Source of the DNA: Octopus vulgaris
Taxonomy: Eukaryota
DNA length: 64,000 bases
Assembly (NCBI GenBank): GCA_951406725.2
Contig: OX597815.1
Span: 48,422,001 to 48,486,000 of the forward strand
Direction: 5' to 3'
A program made the position numbers and the translations under genes. Every line of letters starts with the position of its first letter. Within the stretch, counting starts at the first letter, position 1. This document shows, piece after piece, positions 52,928 to 64,000 of the stretch. Under the pieces are notes generated by a model that searched no databases, was not told where the DNA came from, and saw nothing but the letters and a program-made list of their open reading frames with translations.

Positions 52928-53095
52928 TATGGTGAGGTTATTTTAAGTTTCCATCTAACGAATTCACTCACAAGGCTTTGGTCGGCCTGAGGCTATAGTA
53001 GAAGACACTTGCCCAAGGTGCCATGCAGTGGGACTGAACCCAGAAACATGTGGTTGGGAATCAAGCTCCTTACCACACAACCACTCCTGTATGCA
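52685..53095 (-). mobile_element. SINE family A, full bipartite copy with internal (CA)n
   Basis: Head, microsatellite and tail all present. Confidence 0.82.
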
Positions 53096-53906
53096 TACAA
53101 GATGAAAACACATGTGCACACACACTCAACTCACTCTTGCCAACGTGATGTGTTGCTTGCCTTTACACCAAATGTCCAGTCATTTGAAACACAGCTTGAC
53201 ATACAACGCCCATCAATTGATCCAGCTATCTCTTCTTTCTTTGTATAGGAAAACTTAAGCTTAAAATGTCAAAGACCAGTTTATTTGTATTTCCTGAATG
53301 TTCAATGATACTTTGATGACAAAGGATACTTTGTTTCTATCTTGTACTTTTTGTGTTTCTATTTGTTTGTCATGAATGTTTTACTCTAAATATATAAAAC
53401 TGTAGGCCAGAGAACCCTAATGGATGAAAGAATTTCTTTTTGCCAGTCTGAATAATCTAGGGCCCAGGTGGAAGTGGAGTTCTCTGATTGGCCTCCTGTG
53501 GGGATCCACCTATTGAGATGTTTAAGTTTATCACCTTTAATACTACTGTTTTTTTTAAGCTTATTTTCTCACAATCAAATCTATGTAACTTGCACCTAAC
53601 CATTTTAGTAATTTGTCCTCATGGTGTCTCCTTATCCTGTGGAAAATAAAGAAACAGTTATTATCATTATTATTAGTATTATTGCTATTACTTAAGGTGG
53701 GGAGCTGGCAGAACCCTTAGCATGCTGGGCAAAATACTTCATGGCATTTTACCCGTCTTTACATCCTGAGTTCAAATCCACTGAATTTGACTTTGTCTTT
53801 CTTCCTTTGGGCGTTGATAAAATAAATACCAGTCAAGTATTGGGGTAAATGTTATAAACTAGTCCTTACCCCAAAATTTCAGGCCTTGTACCCTTAGTAG
53901 AAAGGA

Positions 53907-53907
<1 letters not shown>

Positions 53908-53959
<52 letters not shown>

Positions 53960-53992
53960 GTTATTGTTATTTTTATTATTATTATTATTATA

Positions 53993-54028
<36 letters not shown>

Positions 54029-54044
54029 GTTGTTGTTGTTGTTG

Positions 54045-54100
<56 letters not shown>
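53908..54100. repeat. (TTA)n/(TTG)n microsatellite (SINE B tail expansion)
   Basis: Directly visible, immediately 3' of a family B SINE. Confidence 0.92.
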
Positions 54101-54103
<3 letters not shown>

Positions 54104-55429
54104 AAAATATTTTTCTCAACATGTTGTCCTCCTTAAAACTAAGACATATTTTGATAATCTGTTGATACACACAGGGGCAGATGGATTTCTGAAGTATTTT
54201 GTGTTATGTTGTTTACACAATGTTTCCATGTAGTCATAGTTTTGGATTTATTTCCAGTAGATTGTTTATTTTATATTGGATCCACATTATCTATTCATAG
54301 AAACAGTTAGTCTTTGGTAAATAATATTTTTCAACAAGATTTTCATGTTAACATTAATATATAAAGATAGTAAATATAGTGAATACCAAAACATTTCTTT
54401 TAATATAAGCTTTTTAGAATAACAACACACACCCATGAATAATTCTAAATAAAATAAAATCTCATATACATTTGAAATATTCCCAGATTCACAGAAATAG
54501 TTAACAGTAGGAGGGTACTCTTTTAATGAACTGGGAACCAAGAACTGTTCAAATCTTAGATGTAGCAGATAGTTTCCATTGCTTAGATGAAAATAATTAG
54601 TATTGGAGCATGTTATGATAAAAGTATTATAGTGGAGTGACAGTAACTACAGAAAAAAGAAAAGAAAAATGGGTGGATAGAAGTTCAGAGTTGTTGAATC
54701 TATTGGCAACAAACCATTGCATACATTTATTCACACCATGATAACAGGCTTTGCTTTCGTGTTTGTAATATCTTTTCTAATAATTAAATAAATTAATCAA
54801 CAATAACAAGATCATGTGCATACAAGAGTTCCCACAAGCAGCTAATCTTAAACTCTTCTGTTACAATTTGAAGAAGTATAATAAACAGGAGGCAACTGAG
54901 GACTCATGGTCAACTATCTCACTGGATCTTTTCGTTGCTGGCTCACACCTTGCTGACAATATCTGTGGACAAGATAATCATCTACATCTAGTTTGATTAT
55001 TGACCACCAGACTACAAAGCATAATACCCACTCAAATACATTCCTTAGGTGAATGAGTGTTAGCTATAGTGACTTGCAATTAGCTAAGAACTTTTGTAGT
55101 TGTCTCACTAGAAAGGGGGAAATGATGGTTCTCCATCCTGGTATGAGCCTAAACAGCATATAATCTAATCCAAATCTGTACTTAATCTGTTGTGCTATAA
55201 TTATTTCTATTATTTACGTTATTTGGTCTTTCTGTCTGATACCTCTGTATTTTCTTTTCTCTTTTGCATCTCTTATACACCCGCAACAGTTGATTATACT
55301 GCTTCACCAGTCACTGGGGATGACCCTTTCCTGTACAATCTGATTGACTAAAAGAGTAAGTAGTGAGTGTCCAATTTAGTCAGAATATTTTCGATGTTTC
55401 TGCAATTATTGTTAATAATGCAGTTGCTT

Positions 55430-55705
55430 TGCATGCTTTCAGATGTGTAGTTGCTTTTTTGACCATGTAACTTTCAACTCCAGTAGCTGGTTGTCGTCTA
55501 AGGCCATACTGATTACTAGTTTGTGTTGAATGGTATACTCTTTGTAGATGAAGGACTTAGTATTCACAATCAACTGTCTATTCCACTCTTTTGTGAATAT
55601 GAAATCCACCTTGCTTACCTGTCCACCTGATGGGTAGGTGACCAAGTGACTAGCTGTTTCACTGAAGTTTGGGTTTGGTCACTTGCATCACAGAACTCCA
55701 AAGGC
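55430..55705 (-). mobile_element. Old RTE endonuclease fragment
   Basis: LVTYPSGGQVSKVDFIF...QHKLVIS is homologous to LVTYRSGRHTSQMDYIL...QHRLVVS in the 62562-63215 ORF. Confidence 0.75.
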
Positions 55706-56833
55706 CTTGTATATGTATTGGTTTCAAATTTTGGGCCAAGGCCAACAAATTTGTGGCAGGGTAAGTTGATTAGATCGACCCCAGTGTTCAACTGATACAT
55801 ATCTCATCAGTCCCAGAAGGATGTAATGCAAAGTTGGCCTCAACAGAATTTGAACACAATGTCAAGACAGACGAAATTCCACATAGCATTTTGCCTGGTA
55901 GACTAACAATTCTGCCAGCTTGCCATCTTAGCCTTATGCATGTGTGTGTGTGTGTACTTGAATAGCTACAAAGGCTCTGCACAACATATCTTTTAGAGTC
56001 TTCATTTGTTATAACAAAGTGCTATTCATTACTGAGTATGACTGTAACATGACCTCGTTGAAATGATCCTGTTTCTCACATGCCAGTCCTGATTATAATG
56101 TTACTTTTATATTGTCTATGACTCGTCTAAGCTTATTTAGACTGACTGATTTAATTACTTCATCTATTTCTCTGTCAAAAAGTATGCCCACTCCAGTCTA
56201 TATTCCCCACCATAAAAAGACTAACTGAGGCCCATTATCATCTTGACTCGTGCACACAGCACACATCTAATCATTTTTGTGTTAACAGGTCTTCAATCAT
56301 TCTAGGACTATTGTTTGTCATATGATCACTGGTGGAGGCAGTAATGAAGTTTTCTGCCTGATAAGAAAAAAAATTTTGGCTGTTATTTAATATCCATTTT
56401 CTGCACTTAAAAAGACTTACATGGTGACACTTGACAACTGCATTTCTGTCAACAAGACTGACAAAGTAGGTGGTAATCCTGTATTCACATTTAGGAACTT
56501 CCATTGTATTTTGCAATTGACATAATTTGAGCATGGGTGTTTATTGCCTGTGTACCTTCCATACTATCAGCCTCTCTCTCTCTATATATATATGTGTATG
56601 TATACTGGAAAATGTATGAAATTCTTGGTACAGTTAGGTATATTTGAAAAAGAAAAAGAATGACTTCACTGGTAGTATTAACCAATTTAATTTCTTTATA
56701 ATATGATTTTACAGTTTGTTTTGTACAAACACACATACACACACACAAGTGAAATAAATGCAAAAGAGGATGGAAATACATTATGCAAATAAAATATGCA
56801 TGATAGTTTGTAGTTTGATATATGTAGCAGGCA

Positions 56834-57200
56834 TGGAGGTGCAATGACCAGTGGACTCGCAGTCGTAGGATTGTGGCTTTGATTCCCAGACCAGGTGTTG
56901 TGAGTGTTTATTGAGTGAAAACATGTAAAGCTCCATGAGACTCTGGCAGGGGGTGGTGGTGAACCCTGCTGTACTCTTTCACCACAATTTTCTCTCACTC
57001 TTTCTTCCTGTTTCTGTTGTACCTGTATTTCAAAGGGCCAGCCTTGTCACATTCTGTGTCACGCTAAATCTCCCCTAGAACTACATTAAGGGTACATGTG
57101 TCTGTGGAGTGCTCAGCTGCTTGCATGTTAATTTTACGAGCAGGCTGTTCCATTGATCAGATCAATGAGAACCCTTGTCGATGAAACTGACAGAGTGCCA
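56834..57200 (+). mobile_element. tRNA-derived SINE family C
   Basis: ggaggtgcaatg...gattccc head. Body shared with 35895-36190(-), 38215-38360(-) and 40462-40770(-). Confidence 0.7.
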
Positions 57201-58824
57201 AAGATGTAGCATGTATTGGGCTTTACAAATAGACTCTATAAAAGTAAATATTAAAATCAAAAGATTACCTTAAATACCTTATCATAGATTATATACAGGT
57301 GTGTGGAAGAATAATATGACATAAAGATAGAGGATATCAGACTTTCATAGTAGATCACATTTCTTTCCACACTGCATGCCAATTTTAATTTCCTGAGCTT
57401 ACATTCATATACCATTATAAAAGATCATTCTTTATAATTACTATAGTTGAATATTTTTAGCAACAGCCATGTGTGTGGGTGCTTCATCAGGTGGAATACA
57501 TTAAAGCTTGATATTCTTCATCCTTATGTTATATTATTCTTGTATTAATCTTGTGTATAGAGGAGTTCCAAATGTGTATCCAGCCCTGGAATATGTCCTA
57601 CTGTAGAATAACATGTGGCAGCCAAATAATGGCATGAGATCTCTTAAATGCATGTTGTGAGGTTTTTACCCAAATTATACTAAATACACATACATACATA
57701 CATACATACATATGTAGGATTCTTCTTTGGAATGGTGGTTCTCCAAGCAAATAACCTGTAATTAATAGTAGGTTATATACACACATAGATACCTACCTAC
57801 CTACCTACCTACATACATACATACATACATATATACATACATACACACACAATTTACATATATGTTTGTACATATATACTGCTATCTATCTGTATGTCTA
57901 TTTGTCTATAGCCATATAAAGAACTTATGTGTTAACATTAAAAATAAATCTATGATAATTAAAAGCTCAATTATTGGCAAATCATTAAATTCCTATATGA
58001 TATTGCATTGCAATAAATCCAAGTGGGTTTGCTTTGCATATATAAAAGGATTGTTAAGAAAAACACATCTAGCATAAAATAGGAAAAACCTAAATTTCAC
58101 ATATAGTTCATACTTTAATTGTGCTCAACAGCTGTTTCATCATGATAAACAACATTAAATGTATAATTACAAAATTGCAATACATTATCAATTTAAAAGC
58201 TGTGTTTACCCTAATCATCTGGAATGTTGCATTATGTTAATCTATGTTTTTATACATGCATACTTAGCGGGGCTTAAATTTGAAACCATGTCAGCTCAGT
58301 AACAGAAATTAGGCCTCAGCATATCAGGTGACTTGCCTGAATTTTGAACAATAATATTTCAGCTGCAATCATATGACTGGTTTCCTGTTAAAAAATGGCT
58401 ATAGATTGAGATGTGTGCCACAATCAGTCCAAAGAGAAGCAGAGGCAACAGAGGCCTATGAGAAGAAGCTGTTGCTGCAGAATTTTCTTGCCTCTCATAA
58501 CATGAAGATACAGCTATCTTTCCTAGCGAGTATGGAATCAGATCTTTAGTGATAAATGCTTATCCAGATACTTATGGCATATGATTTACTCTTGGTTAAA
58601 ATACCTCAGTATATTTTTTCTATGTAAATAAATGGTTTCATTGAAAATTTCAAATGAACTTGGCTGACATAAGAGTAACAACATGCAGCCAAAATCAGTA
58701 CTATCCATTTAAACATTTGATAGACACAGATACACATACATGTATATAAACATAGTGTATATATATGTACTTACAAACACAGGTTTGTAAGAAATGATCA
58801 AGAAAAGAAGTGCTCAATCTAAAC

Positions 58825-59154
58825 CAGTGGGTCTTAACCATTTTTTAAATATCTATGGACCCCTTTGATTACTATTTTATGCTGATGGATCCCTAAAACC
58901 ATTTGATGTTTATGAACTACTTTTATAGAAACTTCTTCTAAAATTTCTATTTTGCTTTTTTTACACATTAACACTGCCATGTAGCATGGCTGTTCGTACA
59001 CACGCATCATACAGTGAGCTGTTTCTTACAATAAACATACCTGAAGCAAAATTTTTTCAGGGCCTTTTAATATACTACTGTGGGCCTGCAGTTTATTATT
59101 TTGATTGTGTGGATCCTGCCAAAATCTTATATGGACCCTGGTTGAGAACCACTG
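58825..59154. mobile_element. hAT (Charlie-type) MITE with a perfect 8-bp TSD
   Basis: TIRs cagtgggtcttaacc/ggttgagaaccactg. ATCTAAAC at both 58817-58824 and 59155-59162. Confidence 0.9.
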
Positions 59155-59961
59155 ATCTAAACCTAGATAACATTAGTTTGTTTGGATCAATTTAGTGGTT
59201 TGTTTCTACATAGTTTCTGGAGCAGGTTTTTTTCTTTTTGGTCTTCACTGGTTGCATTTTCTAAAGTTGGCTAGTACTTAACACTTTGGTTGTAGAGATG
59301 TGTTTAGATGGGTGTATTTTGTTTTGCTGTGTTTATATTTGCTGTGTTTATGAAGTAATTTTTTATGTTGCCTATAATGAGATTTTGCAGGTATAGTAAG
59401 TAAATTAACAACAAAGGGGCCAAACCCACACTTTTGCCTGCATGTAAATGAATAGCTACACGAATTTGTACCAGTTCTCACCTTAAGATTGCAAAGGTGT
59501 GAAACTCAAATCACACGACAGTGTCAGTTTGAATAAACTACACATGCATGCATGCATAAGCATGCACATGCACAGATGCATATAACACATGTGCATATAC
59601 ACACACACACTGAGACAGATATATATGAATGTTTGTTTACATCTATATATCTAGGCATGTATACATGTTTATATGAAAGTATATATTTATTCTATATATA
59701 TTGTGATAATTCATTTTTTCTGCTCTCTTATACTTGTTCATTTGATTTTAAATGAAATTGTTTCTGAATATGGTAAGACAGGCTGTTGTCAGGTGTTAAT
59801 TAACCATCTTTATTGTAGAGGAACCCCTTGGTGGTGTTTCTTGTAATTTTCATTTTAATTTGGATTCCTCTAGGTATAACAAAATGAATATGATATTTAG
59901 TAGTAAGTTTTGCTTCTTTACACTGCTGAAATATCAGAATTACTACTTTCTGTTATACCTA

Positions 59962-62900
59962 TCATCATCATCATCATCATCAGCATCATCGTTTAACGTC
60001 CACTTTCCATGCTAGCATGGGTTGGACGGTTCAACTGGGGTCTGGGAAGCCCGAAGGCTGCACCAGGCCAGTCAGATCTGGCAGTGTTTCTACAGCTGGA
60101 TGCCCTTCCTAATGCCAACCGCTCCGTGAGTGTAGTGGGTGCTTTTTATGTGCCACCGACACAGGTGCCAGACGAGGCTGGTGAACGGCCACGCTCGGAT
60201 GGTGTTTTTTATGTGCCACCGACACAGGTGCCAGACAAGGCTGACGAACGGCCATGATCGGAAGGTGTTTGTTACGTGCCCACAGCATGGAGGCCAGTCG
60301 ATGCGTTACTGGCTACGGCCACGTTCGGCTGGTCTTCTTATGTGCCACTGGCACTAGTACCACTAAAATGCAAATTCATTGATGTTCATTGATTTTGATT
60401 TGATTTGATTTGATTCGATTCTCACTTGCCTCAACAGGTCTTCACAAGTAGAGTTATGTGTCCCAAGAAGGAAGGTATGCACAGGTGGACTGACTACATC
60501 CCAGGTAGGGGCCATGGGTTATGGCCTCACGTGTCCTGCCGGGTCTTCTCACGCACAGCATACTTCCAAAGGTCCCGGTCTCTGGTCATTTCCTCGGTGA
60601 GACCTAAAGCGCGAAGGTCGTACTTCACCACCTTGTCCTAGGTTCCCTCAACTGCTAGGGTGTGGCACTTTTTCACACAACTATCTTCATCCATTCTTAC
60701 TACCTGTCCATACCAGCGTAGACGCCTCTCTTACACACCACATCTGATGCTTCTTAGGTCCAACTTTTCTCTCAAGGCACCTACATTCTGTCGGGTATGA
60801 ACACTGACATTACACATCCAACGGAGCATACTGGCTTCATTTCTTGCGAGCTTACGCATATCCTCAGCAGTCACAGCCCATGTTTTGCTGCCATGTAGCA
60901 TGGCTGTTCGCACACATGCGTCATACAATCTGCCTTTTACTCTGAGCGAGAGGCCTTTTGTCACCAGCAGAGGTAAGAGCTCTCTGAACTTTGCTCAGGC
61001 TATTCTTACTCTAGCAGTTACACTTTCGGCACACCCACCCCCGCTACTGACTTGGTCACCTAGGTAATGGAAACTAATCAACTATTTCAAGTTTTTGTCC
61101 CTGGAATGTGGCGGAAGATGGTCTCATTTTCAGTCTTTATTGAACCAGAACATCTGCCACATACAAAAACTATCTTCCTAGTTAGCCTTCCTTTGACATT
61201 GCTGCACCTCTTATGTGTCCATAGCTTACACTTGGTGCATCTTATAGAGTTCCTACCTACGCCTTTTCTACAGATCGAGCAGGGCCATCTACCTGAAGGC
61301 GTTTGAGATTTGTCTACCTTCCTACTTATTAGGACTTTGGTTTTAGCTAGATTGACTCTAAGGCCCTTCGATTCTAATCCTTGCTTCCACGCCTGAAACT
61401 TCACCTCGAGTTCTGATAGTGATTCAGCAATTAGAGCAAGGTCATCAGCATAGAGGAGCTCCTAGGGGCATCCTGTCTTGAATTCCTCCATTATTGCCTG
61501 GTGGACTATGATAAATAGGAGAGGGGCTGAGGACTGAGCCTTGGTGGACCCCAACCTCCACCTGGAATTCTTCACTGTACTCGTTGCAACCCTCACCTTA
61601 CTAACAGCGTCCCTGTACATGGCATGTACAGCTCTCACTAACCATTCATCTATCCCTAGTTTCCTCATTGACCACCAGATAAGGGATCGGGGGACCATGT
61701 CAAAGGCTTTCTCCAAGTCAACGAAAGCCAGGTACAGAGTTTTATCTTTGGCTAGGTATTTCTCCTGCAGCTGTCTCACCAGAAATATGGCATCAGTGGT
61801 GCTTTTCCCTGCGCTTTAGGTCTCAAACTGCATCGCGTCTAGGTTGACTCTCTCTCTAATCAGTTGGGCTATGACCCTTTCCGTAACCTTCATTACCTGA
61901 TCCAACAGCTTAATACCTCTGTAATTACTTGTATGTAGGGCGTCACCTTTACCTTTGTAGCAGTTGACTATTATGCTACTACACCAGTCATTGGGTATGA
62001 CTCCTTCGTGTATCACCTGGTTAACTATATGGGTGACTAGGCTATAGCCGACACTGCCAGATATTTTGAGCATCTCAGCAGTAATTCCTGATGGGCCTGG
62101 GGCTTTCCCTGTCTTCATGCTTCCAATTGCCTTAACTACCATGGAACTGTCAACTCGGATAGCTGGTCCCTCTATTGGGTCGACATTCGGCAAGCTCTCT
62201 TTATCCCATTCATTCTCTTTGATGAGCAACCTTTCATAGTGGCATCTCCAAACCTCTCTCTTTGCATCCTCATTTAGCGCAAGTGAACCATCATCCATGC
62301 GAACACATTTCTCTCCTACCACATCACGATTCTCTCTCACACACTGTCTTGCAACACGAAACACCTCAAGTCTTTGGTCCTCACGGCGCAGAACATTGGC
62401 AAATTTTTTCTTATCTGCTTCCCCTCTAGCTAAATATACTTGTCTCCTAGCTTCTCTTTTCGCAGTCTGATACAATTCCCTACTACCGCCTTTCCTCCAG
62501 TCCTTCCAAGCCTGTCTCTTGTCTCTAATAGCCCTGTCTACAACATTGTTCCACCACCACGTTACCCTGGGACGAGATGGGACTTTGCTCCATCCACAGA
62601 TCTGGTCAGTGGCTCTCTCAGCAGATTGTCCCGTAGAAACCTCCAGTTAACTTCCACATTATGTGATGCTATATCCCCTTCTATTTCGTCGAAAGCTTCG
62701 AGTAGAACTTCTCTAAATCTCCATCCATTTACAGGATCTTTAAGTTTCCAGACTCTTCTCCTCCAAGCTGGTCTTCTTCTGGGCAGCCATTTGGCCCTGA
62801 TCCTGAGGTCGCTAACTACTAATCTATGTTGAGGAGTACATTCCTCGCCTGGAAAGGTTTTGGCATTTATAAGCAGCCCTCTTTCCCTCTTTCTGGCGAG

Positions 62901-63270
62901 GATGTAGTCCATCTGGCTTGTGTGTCTGCCAGAACGGTAGGTGACTAGGTGAGAGGTGGGTTTCCTGAAGCTGGTATTGCAAATCATAAGGTCATTTGCA
63001 TCGCAGAACTCCAGCAGCCTGGTTCCCTCATTGCGAGAACCAAAACCGTAGCCCCTGTGTATGCTATGGAAGCCCCTGACATGCCATCCAACATGTCCAT
63101 TGAAGTCACCTGCCACAAAGAGAAGGTCACTGTCATTTGTCAACGAGGTAGTCTGTAATAGAGTGTCATAGAATCGGTCTTTCTGTCCCTTCTGGTAGCC
63201 CCGGCTGAGGAGCATATGCCGAGATAATGGTTGCTGACCTATGATAAAGCACTAGTCTAATCTTAAAATC
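59962..63270 (-). mobile_element. RTE-clade LINE, 5'-truncated inside the APE endonuclease; ORF broken by frameshifts and stops
   Basis: SAYAPQ, GDFNGH, KAPGPSGI, NYRGIKLL, AFVDLEKAFD, LLYADDL, MLRWMC; 3'UTR repeats; (GAT)n tail. Confidence 0.95.
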
Positions 63271-63798
63271 TATGTAAGTCAAATTTTTTGCCTAAATGAT
63301 AGAATGGGTAGTTATAAAATTTTATTAGACCATTTTAATGAATAATATTTGTAATTTTAAATTCATTTATACCTAGTATAAATACAATGATGTGCTCATT
63401 TTAGCAGCATTTTGCCTGTCCTTATATTCTGTGTTCAAATTCCCCAAAGATCGATTTTGCCTTTCATCCTTTTGGATAAATACCAGTTGAACACTGGGGT
63501 CGATGTAATTGACTCATCCCCTCCCCACAAATCACTGCATTTATGGCAAAATTTTAAACCATTATGATTATTGTTAAGGCTGTGAGTTGGCAGAATTGTT
63601 AGCATGCCAGGCAAAATGCTTGGAGGTTTTTTGTCCATCTTCAAATTCTGAGTTCAAATTCTGCCGATGTTGACTTTACCAGTCATCCTTTCAAGGTTGA
63701 TAAATTAAGTACCAGCTGAATACTGGGGTAGATGTAATTTACTATCCCCTTCTCTCAAATTTCAGGCCTTGTGCCTATTGTAGAAAGGATTATTATTA

Positions 63799-63884
<86 letters not shown>

Positions 63885-64000
63885 GGTTTATAAAAGCATG
63901 CTATGTTAAACCTTATTGTAATATTATCTTTTATTATAACCTAGATGGAATGTACAGGATATCTATAACTTCTTTACTACTAGACTTTTATTAATTATTA

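Noticed and set aside
57455-58138. Isolated hammerhead half-motifs (CTGATGA-agca...tgct near 57490 on -, GAAAC-agct-GTT at 58127-58138 on -; similar ones near 657-720, 1625-1640 and 30590)
   Set aside because: The partner half or helix I is missing, so they cannot be distinguished from chance by eye, although some may be older PLE debris.

Overview
AT-rich, microsatellite-saturated animal genomic DNA, most likely an octopus. That assignment is an inference from SINE/RTE families I recognise and from the extreme (TA)n/(TATG)n density. No intact long gene is present, and nearly all ORF-track hits are microsatellite artefacts or transposon fossils. Contents: a 5'-truncated RTE LINE (59962-63270, -) plus many RTE 3' ends; three or more tRNA-derived SINE families; Tigger, mariner, maT (DD37D), hAT, piggyBac-type and Helentron-type DNA element remnants; RLE-type LINE fossils; a decayed Penelope-like (PLE) reverse transcriptase; and short candidate exons of an unidentified, probably minus-strand host gene. 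Main unannotated signal: about ten sequence-diverse, microsatellite-embedded, PLE-type insertions carrying type I hammerhead ribozyme motifs. One is fully canonical (23845-23935, -), and several have unusually long helix II. Many are fold-back elements whose inversion junctions fall at or inside ribozyme helix II. All structures were read by eye and none was computed.
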